From Saccostrea cucullata (lineage: Eukaryota), in NCBI RefSeq assembly GCF_032062105.1, contig NW_026918135.1, forward strand, positions 1-64,000: a stretch of DNA of 64,000 nt, written 5' to 3'. Below, one piece after another: positions 24,446-33,745 of the stretch (position 1 is the stretch's first letter; every line of letters starts with the position of its first letter). The translations under genes and the position numbers were made by a program. Below the pieces are notes generated by a model. The model was given only the letters and a program-made list of their open reading frames with translations, made no database searches and was not told the origin of the DNA.

Positions 24446-25150
24446 GGTTTCGTCAAAGGTCAACATGTCCAAGAATTTATTTTTACAATAGCCCCAAAAC
24501 TATGTAAGATATAGAGTTAAAACTTTTACAGTTTATAAATTATTTATTGATTAACAGATAGAATGTATCACTTGATAATAAAAATACTTGGAATAATATT
24601 AATTGAGAAAAATTCTTCTTAAAAATGCATATATTTTCAAAAAAATACACCTGATTAATTCCATGCTTTTTGTGAAAACCATCATTGCAGAAACAAAATA
24701 TGTTTAGGGCAAGTTGGACTTGGATAGCCTCTGGAAAGTTGTTTTCCATGTTTGTTTTGTGCAAATGTTAAGACTTGAAAGTGAATGTACACTGCAAATG
24801 GCGGATTCTACAGGGGCCTTGTCTTTATACATGTCATGTTTTCAATAACAGCCTTTCAGAGACCATTCACGTTCAACTTGCCCTTCAATGATAAACATAT
24901 ATTATTTCTACAATGTTGATTTTCACAAAAGGACAGAATTAAGCAGGTGTATTTTTCTTAAAATCTGCACAATTTCTGATGCAATTTTTCTCAAAAAATA
25001 TCTTTTTAAATATATTTGTTATCAAGTAATACATTCTATCTATTAATCAGTAATATATTTACAAAATGTAAACGTTTTGACTTCATACCACACATACTTT
25101 TGGAGCAATTGTAAAAATTTTTTTTAGACATGTTGACCTTTGACAAAACC
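24446..25150. mobile_element. TTAA-flanked MITE (Kolobok/piggyBac-like)
   Basis: TIR GGTTTCGTCAAAGGTCAACATGTC / GACATGTTGACCTTTGACAAAACC; TTAA on both sides; further internal inverted similarity. Confidence 0.85.
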
Positions 25151-25160
25151 TTAATCTTAA

Positions 25161-25758
25161 AGTGGCACAGTGACGCACAAAGGGGAAAATTGACAAATGT
25201 AGAATTTTCGCATGACCTCTGTAAATTTTGTTCAATTCCTTAAAGTATTAGGTTTCAGAAAATTACAGGTTTCAGAACCTAAAAATTAAATTTTTATGGG
25301 GAAAAATAAAAGTAAAAATAATTTCTGTCTGCCCCAGAACGAAAATATTGCAAAATACCCTGGTACTTCTTCCTCCCTATCATACGCGTGCGCAGAAAAG
25401 TGTTTAATAAGTTTCCATAGTTACCATGGTCTCAGGTATCCACGAATGAATATAAGTAGACCAAAAAATTTGATGTTATCTTTTTACAAAGTTGTAAGAA
25501 CATATTTCTCACCTTTGCATGCTCCAGTTGAATTTTGTTTACAAGTTTGAGCTAAAAATAAGAGTAGCGTGACCTTGACATATACAAAACAACGAAACGG
25601 TTAATACAACCTTTGTTTTTCCGGCACTTATATTGTGCAGTCAATTCTTGCAGTTGAATTGTCATATCTTCGCTATATATTCATAATTTTCGTAAGTCTT
25701 TCTCTGTATGATACAGAATCTTAAAAATTAAGATATGATTTTGACTCACTGTGCCGCT
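25161..25758. mobile_element. TTAA-flanked MITE (Kolobok/CryptonA-like)
   Basis: TIR AGTGGCACAGTGA / TCACTGTGCCGCT; TTAA at 25157-25160 and 25759-25762. Confidence 0.8.
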
Positions 25759-26319
25759 TTAAAATCCTCCTTGTAATCTATTCGTGCGTAAATTCTTTTT
25801 GCTGTCTTTTTACGTTTCATACCAAAGTTCGGGTATTAGATGATTGGTTAAGACAACTTGTGTATTTTATTGAAAAAAATACACATGATACCTATCAATC
25901 AAATAACTTCCAAACATGAGCATGATTTCTGTCATTTCACATAATGTTCCCCTTTTGTAAATTAAATAAAAATTATGCAGTAAAAATACCGATAATGACA
26001 TTTTGTGAACATATGAATTCTAATTAACACAAAGCATCTTGAATAAAAAAAATTAAAATAAGTTTCTTTTTGAGATCGACAATTTATTTTTTTTTTCAAA
26101 CAAATTTTTGATTTCTGTTCCGTCTTAGTTTTTGATTTCTATTCTGTCTTCTGTTTCGGTATCCTTTACACACTGTAAAACAAATTTTAAAAAATAAAAA
26201 TGGTATTCTTATTGTTAATACATATAATACAGTGTATATATATTTTCAAATTCCGTCATTTGACTTGGCCCATCATAATACAATGTTATTTCATGTTACG
26301 TTCACACTACTTTTACTTC

Positions 26320-27575
26320 TAGCCTCTTTCGTTACTTCTCACTAAAATATTGACAGTAGTGAAGGAAAAACGTCAAGAGTACTGTACAACTATATATTCA
26401 AGAAGTGGTGTTAATCAGATGTGGATACTTAAAAATTCTAAAGAACTTTTGAACAATTTGAAATCACAAGACTTTACAAAAATCAATAGCATAAAAACTT
26501 ACGACTTTTCAACTTTATACACAACAATTCCGCACGACAAATTAAAATCCAGGCTTTTTGATATCATTGACAGCTGCTTCTTCAACAAAAATGGAACTCG
26601 TAAGTACCTCGTCATATTGGTCATTTGAAAAATCATTTCTTTAAAACAGATTCTGATTGCACACATAAGTACTCTGAAGTTGACATCAAGAAGATGCTTG
26701 AGTTTCTGATTGACAATATATATGTGGTTTTCAACAATCTATTGGAATTCCCATGGGTACAATTTGCGCTCCGTTATTAGCAGACTTTTTTATTCACATG
26801 AAGCAGAATTTATGCAAAATCCTTTGCGTGAAAAGAAGAAAACACTTGCTGTGGCCTTCAACTCGACATTTAGATATATCGACGACGTATTGTCAATTAA
26901 TAATGACAATTTCCATTCCTACGTCGAGACGATATATCCTGGTGAGCTTGAGATAAAAGATACCACAGAGTCCGACACTTCTGCTTAATACTTGGATATT
27001 TTACTTGAAAAAGACACTAATGGTAATCTAACAACCAAGCTATATGATAAACGTGATGACTTTAACTTTTCTATCGTCAACTTCCCTTACTTATGCAGCA
27101 ATATACCTTCATCACCTGCATACGGAGTATTTATATCTCAGTTGATTCGATATGCAAGAGCATGCTCTACGTATGAACAATTTCTTAAACGAGGTAAATT
27201 ATTGACAAGCAAGTTGATGAAACAAGAATATCAACAGTCTCGTTTAAAGTCATCATTTCGTAAATTCTATGGTCGATTCAATGACCTTGTCAGCAAATAC
27301 AATTTATCATTGAATAATATGCTGACTGACGTTTTTCATACCAATTGTTAGTCCATTATGTATACACTGAATTGACCACGGATTTTTTCCTTTATTTCCT
27401 GATTATGACAACGAGCACACGGCAGGTGTGACCGGTCGGCAGGGGATGCTCACTCCTCCATGGCACCTGATCCCACCTCTGATGTTTCGGAGGTCCGTGT
27501 TTGCTCTGCTCTTATTTTGTATATTTGTTTAATGGACCTTGAGATTGAATACTGTTCGTTATTTCCATATCCTTC
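26320..27575 (+). mobile_element. 5'-truncated Penelope-like (Naiad-type) element with RT C-terminus and 3' UTR
   Basis: Near-identical to 18954-19690 in the opposite orientation; adds KLYDKRDDFNFSIVNFP..AYGVFISQLIRYARAC; the ORF ends (27351) with no C-terminal GIY-YIG; possible short TSD CTTCTA. Confidence 0.85.
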
Positions 27576-27600
27576 TTCTATTCATATTATGGACTTACCC

Positions 27601-29834
27601 TTACTCTTTACGCCCACGGATGGGGTATCGACGAATTTCCTCCTCCCCCTCTTCTTCGTCATCCCCCTCACAGCTTGCGGGCAGGTCCCCAAGCTCAATG
27701 TTCACTCGTCTTGCTTCCCTGTATCATTAAAATACGAATTTATATTGTAATTCTTTTTTCCATTTTTTAAAAAACTCAGTACTCGATAGCGATATTTTTT
27801 AATGTAATTTAAGAGAGAAAAAGAGAGAGAAATTACCTCTCTGGTGTCCCTCCACGGCTGTCCCGTTTAAACGGTACCCTGCAGTGGACCCCCAGTTTTA
27901 ACAGAATGAACCTGATCACCCATACTGCAATTAGTATGGTGATCAGGCAGATCCCGGCCACACTTAGCCCGTACGCTTCATGAACTGTAATTATCAATTT
28001 CAAAAATCAATGACATGTAAAACATTTATCATTTATGTACAATCTGAGTGATTAACAAAATGCAATACAATACATTAAATTTCATACTTGATCAGAAAAT
28101 ATATAAAGGGTACTTACGTTAGATACTTTACATCAGTGTCAATTCATGCGAAAAACAATGATATTAGTCAGCCATATGTTACTCAAATACACATTCATAT
28201 TAGTAACAAACAAGATAAAAGATTAATACAGTCTACTAATACAAATCACGGATCTTTATAATTCTGATAAACACAAGTCAGATAGTTCTCAAATCACTTT
28301 ATATGATTGATAAAATTTGGAAGGTAGTTTTTAATCATGCAATTATTTAACAGTGTTTAATTCGTATAATGGTATGTCACCTTCGTCCACACATTCCATT
28401 TCAATTGAATTATTTAGTACAAAATTAGTTTTTTTTCTACGTTTTAATCTTAATACACAGACACACGTTATGACTAATACAGGTATAAGAATAGAGATGA
28501 ATAGATAGTCAAGTTCATTTTTGATACCCTTGTCCGAACTGGTACTAGGGGTCGTGTATCTACAAAGGTTATGTCGGGGGAGGGGGTGGTTGAGGTGTTC
28601 ATAGTTCGTCCGTTTGTCTTAACCGAGGACGCGAGTGGAGTCGTCATGACCGCTTTAGTATTGTTACGGGAGGGGACTGTAAAAGTTAAGTTTCCGTGTG
28701 GCATGGACGAGAGGGTGGTTAAGTTCGTTATGCTACGTCCGTGCGTCCTGAGAGGGAAGGTGTGAAGTGTTGTAGGTGTGACATGGGGTGTTCCGTCTCC
28801 GTGTGTACTGATGTCGGAGGATGTAGTAGTTGTCGTCAGAGAGGAGTCCGTGTTTTTGCTCGACTCGAACGTGTTTGTATCTGTAGATATTAACATAACA
28901 ATAAAATAAAGAACCTAGACTTTATTAATAGGTTAAAATAGTATGAAATACCAATTTTGTAAAATCAACAAGATGTTAATTGTAACAACAAATATTGAAA
29001 TCATCAACAACAATCATAAAGCATCATCAGACCTGTAGAACTTATATAACTTAACAATATCTAAGTAAGAAAAACAGATTCTACTGATCTGAGAGACTTT
29101 TAAGACATTGACTTACAGATTTCGCTTGACTGCATGTTACTGGTAGTGGTGTCTGAAAAAAAAAATTACCTTGTGTAAAATAAATCAGATAAAATCACAC
29201 GCATAACTCCATGTAAATATTGTTTTCCATGCCATATTTGTATAAAATCATTAAAATAGTAATCCAAGGGGGGAAAAAGAGATGTACCACACTCGAGCTT
29301 CGCAATTCCGTTATGGAACCCCTCCTTGCACGGCATCTTGTGACAATGTGCGACTCAAAGCGTGAAAGACTGCTTTTCTCTCGACGATGCAACCCCTCAT
29401 TCACTGCAGGTGCGGTTATGTAACCCCCACCTGCCCCAGTGTAACACCGTGGGAAATTTGTGACAGGGATGAGGTTAAATGATGTGATTTTTAACCATAT
29501 TTGTACACAATAAATAACTAGTTCATCACACTTACCTAAACATGATAGAATGTCACCCAAAGTTATCATTTCATTGGTTTTCACCCCCTGCTGACAAATT
29601 TTTTTATACTGCGTTACATTTCCGCATTCTCCTCTCACTAGTAACTGTTCAATGCTCACGTCAGTGTTGATGTTTTTTTAGCCAGCACTCGACTTCGACA
29701 TATTTTGCCCCATATACACATACATATTCTCCCGAACCTGTGGCATAGTCTCCGACAAAGTATTTGCACTCCTGACAAGCGCTGGTAAACAAAATGACGT
29801 TGAAAAACAAACTGAATACAAATAAATTTCCCAT
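27601..29834 (-). CDS. Putative orphan type-I membrane glycoprotein (signal peptide, Cys-rich head, Thr/Ser mucin stalk, TM helix, acidic tail)
   Basis: Exons 29834-29536 (MGNLFVFSLFFNVILFTSA-CQECKY..; +1 in A-run at 29673-29679), 29152-29117, 28880-28528 (T/S-rich), probable 28436-28381, 27984-27837 (GLSVAGICLITILIAVWVIRFILL), 27718-27601 (..EGDDEEEGEEEIRRYPIRGRKE*); GT-AG sites with compatible phases once homopolymers are corrected; likely 3'UTR exon from 26172 with AATAAA at 26083-26088. Confidence 0.65.
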
Positions 29835-30395
29835 TTTAGTGAAACCTTAATTTAATAATCAACGAGTTCAAAATATAGTTCTGGTGTTATCTATGAGTAT
29901 ACACTGGTCAGTGTGGTCATCCTTCCTTTTCACTCTTGATTTTATTCACTAATCAATTGAATATACTGATTAAAATTGATGTACAGTGCATGCAATCATA
30001 ATAAAAGTCACTGAATTTGATTAGAAATGTGCTAGTTGATCGTTAGGAACTGATTGTAAAAATGTCATCGGAATAATTTCTGTGGCATCTTTCATTTACA
30101 GATAAACATTTTTAATTTCACGTTTATGAATTTTTTTTCTCTCGTTTCTCTCTGATTAGAAAAAAATGATGACCAGAACATATTTTACATTTTTCTCTCA
30201 TCGCCAGATTCACTGTATACATTTCAAAATCCCGAATTTATTATCATTCAAATTAGGTACTCATATCACGTGTTTTTTCCCCAATAAAAAGAGAAAAAAT
30301 ACCCTTCAAATTTTACCTATCTTTTGACAAGATGGATAAGTATGTCATGTCATTATAATATAGTTGAGGATTTTTATTAATTTTCATTTTTTTTT

Positions 30396-30460
30396 TTTTA
30401 GCTCTACTGGTCAGAGACCAGAAGAGCTTATGCGATGGTAATGCGTCCGTCGTCCGTCCG

Positions 30461-30493
<33 letters not shown>

Positions 30494-31806
30494 AATTTTT
30501 CAAAATGCTACTCCTCCTACAGTTTTGGTCTGATTTCAATATAACTTGGCACACAAGTAGACTACACTAAGATACATAATTCCGTGTATCGGTTTTTGAT
30601 TTCGATGAACGGTGTTGCCGTGGTTACTAAAAATAGAAATTTCTGTGAAATTCTTTCAAAATGTTACTTCTCCTACAGTTTTGGTCTGATTTCAATATAA
30701 CTTGGAACAAAAGTAGACTACACTAAGATACATAATTCTGTGTATCGGTTTTTGATTTCGATGAACGCTGTTGCCATGGTTACTAAAAATAGAAATTTCT
30801 GTAAAATTCTTTCAAAATGCTACTCCTCCTACAGTTTTGGTGTGATTTCAATATAACTTGGCACACAAGTAGACTACATTAAGATACATAATTCTGTGTA
30901 TCCGTTTTTGATTTCGATGAACGCTGTTGCCATGGTTACTAAAAATAGAATTTTTTGTGAAATTTTTCAAAATGCTACTTCTCCTACAGTGTTGGTCTGA
31001 TTTCAATATAACTTGGCACAAAAGTAGACTACACTTAGATACATAATTCTGTGTATCGGTTTTTGATTTCGATGAACGGTGTTGCCATGGTTACTAAAAA
31101 TAGAAATTTCTGTAAAATTCTTTCAAAATGCTACTCCTCCTACAGTTTTGGTGTGATTTCAATATAACTTGGCACACAAGTAGACTACATTAAGATACAT
31201 AATTCTGTGTATCGGTTTTTGATTTCGATGAACGCTGTTGCCATGGTTACTAAAAATAGAATTTTTTGTGAAATTTTTCAAAATGCTACTTCTCCTACAG
31301 TGTTGGTCTGATTTCAATATAACTTGGCACAAAAGTAGACTACACTTTGATACATAATTCTTTTTATCGGTTTTCAATAAACAGTGTTGTCGTGGTTACT
31401 AAAAATAGAAATTTCTGTGAAATTCTTTCACAATGCTTCTCCTCCTACAGTTTTGGTCTGATTTCAATGTAACTTGGCACACAAGTAGACTACAATAAGG
31501 TACATAATTCTGTGCATTGGTTTTTTACTTCAATGAACAGTGTTGCCACATTTACTAAAAATAGAAATTTCTGTTATATACTCTCAAAATGCTACTCCAA
31601 ATACAGTTTTAGTCTGATTATAATATAATGTGGCATGCAAGTAGACTACACTAAGAACATAATGAGACTTAATCAAGGATCATATTATCCTATTTATTGC
31701 TGTTGTAAAGTTTCAATTCCCAACTGCTTAAGTACTTTTCTCTTCCTTTGCTATATAATAAGTACAAACCAGTAGAGCTTCAGTCTCGACAGAGACTTCT
31801 GGTTTT
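30396..31806 (+). mobile_element. HINE with 156-bp satellite core (about 7.5 units)
   Basis: Subterminal IR AGCTCTACTGG (30400) / CCAGTAGAGCT (31769); (GTCY)n; unit starts at 30501, 30657, 30813, 30968, 31124, 31279, 31429, 31585; 3' palindrome AGTCTC-GACA-GAGACT; T-rich flanks. Confidence 0.92.
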
Positions 31807-31875
31807 TATTTCTTTATCTATTTCTTTAAATTTGTGATACATAACCCCAATCTTTTTTTTTCTTTGCATTATCAG

Positions 31876-33745
31876 ATGCAATTGCGGAACCATTCGTGAA
31901 ATAATAAGGTGGAGGATTTACCCTGCCCGTAAGTCATCTTTTATCATTTCATACTTTGGAATTATGCCATGTTTGGTAAGTGATTTTATTGTACTTTTTT
32001 TTGTCTATTTGGTACGATACGGGAAGAGAGCTTCAAGGTATATATATATATATTTATTTAATCTTTTATTAACTTTCATTCGCTTTACAACATGCGTAAT
32101 AATTTAAAGATATTTTTACCAAAATCATATCTAGTAATAAATTTAACATTCCCTCTTCATTAACCCTCGGTGAATTTGATATATAACTTAATATTCTATC
32201 TGTAATGTAACTTTAATGACTTTCACAAAATTGTCTTCTTTTTTTATTTTTCTATCATTGAACCCTGTACTTTTTCAGCACGCCAGAAAGGCAGTAAGTA
32301 ACATATTTTTTTCACCATCAATCACCGTTATTTAAATACGTTATAAATCTACTTTGTTCAAGGATTCATTTCTAGAGGATATTTTTTTTTCTTTAGTGTT
32401 GACTTGCAGGGATCAGTTTTGGGGTTAGTAAATTACAAAGTAAATTAACAAGAAATTAGCTATAAAATTTTCACATTTCTTTAAATGAAGAGATAAAGTG
32501 TAATACATATTTTAATATCTATTCATTTTTTTCGGGGGTGGTGTGGGGCCATTTTAGATTTTTACATGATGATTTTTTATTTACAGAGCACCGCCCAAGG
32601 CTCCAAAAAGAGTCTTGTTAGTATTTCTAAACTTATTCAATTTGTTCTTAGTAACCGTTATTGACCAAGAAAAGATTTGTTTTTCTGATTTTTTTTTTTA
32701 AATTTTTATAGCATTCCAAGGGTCATTACCATCTTGGAGTAAGTAGAATTATAGAACTTTATTAAAATTCATTTAAGACGTTTGTCTTGTCATGTATTAT
32801 TAGTAATACATTATTTATTTTATTATTATTTAATACTTCATTTGATTATTGTAGACCCTCGCGATCGTCCTCTGTGCTGGGCGACTCGTTAAACGCACTG
32901 AGCATCAGTGCAATCTTATGGTAAATCATTTTGTTTAAATTTTATCATTACCGTTGAATATCTTAGGATTATGATGATAACACGCCTGTTATCTGATCTT
33001 AATCATTAACTTATCACTTTTTCAGCCTGGAGGAAATGGATTAGTCGTAAGCATATTACAATACTGAAATTTATTACTGTGGTTACTGCGTGACAATTAA
33101 AACTTAAATCTTGTTGTCTATCTTTCCACTCTCATTTGCAAACAGTTCCGTTTTCGAATTTGGAAAAAAAAATCCTACAATTGAATTTTTTCGCTAGATT
33201 TCATTACTTTTATTGATCTTATCTTTTTCATTTCAGCCGGGAGAAGAAAGAGGAGGAGACATAAGTATTTTTAAAAATCATTTTTCGTGTACATTTTTTT
33301 TTTCAAAATAAAAATAAAAAATTTCAACCGAAGAAGAAAAAACGAAATCTTTTCATTTTCCGGCAGTGGTTTCATCGCGTGAATAATTAATGTTATAATA
33401 ATTTAATAATTTCTTTTCACAGCGTTTAAATTGAAGACAGTCAAGAAAAGACCTCGACGTAATTTTTTTTTTTTTGGAATATATATCTTTGTATACAATC
33501 ACGAATCCAATATATATATATATATCTTTTTTTATATAAATAAATTCGTTATTCAAACTAAAAGAAGTTATAATTATTATCATTTTCTTTTTTAAAAAAT
33601 TATTATTCATTTATGAAATTATACTATTTAGATAGTGATAAAAAAAAAATTACCCTTACAGCAATAGAAAGTTACATCCCTAATTATTCTCTGTTTTCAG
33701 AATGGATGACCAAGAGATGTTGTAACAGAGTTACAATAATAAATT
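31876..33745 (+). other. Candidate micro-exon gene or pseudogene, product unknown
   Basis: GC-richer blocks with polypyrimidine-AG and GT(A/T)AG borders: 31876-31928, 32279-32293, 32410-32423, 32587-32616, 32712-32738, 32855-32920, 33026-33046, 33237-33260 (donor reads AT), last exon from 33701 with AATAAA at 33738. Confidence 0.5.

Noticed and set aside
28118-28145. Additional small exon of the membrane gene (GTAAGT donor at 28117)
   Set aside because: Acceptor reads CAT instead of CAG, and phases do not fit the neighbouring exons
29262-29500. Telomerase RNA, or hammerhead/HDV ribozyme identity for the structured island
   Set aside because: No CUAACCCU template, no CUGAUGA/GAAA core, and HDV P3/L3 topology could not be fitted
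29195-29659. 154-aa ORF as a standalone gene
   Set aside because: Only the first ~41 codons belong to the predicted exon 1; a GTAAGT donor at 29535 indicates the rest is intron read-through
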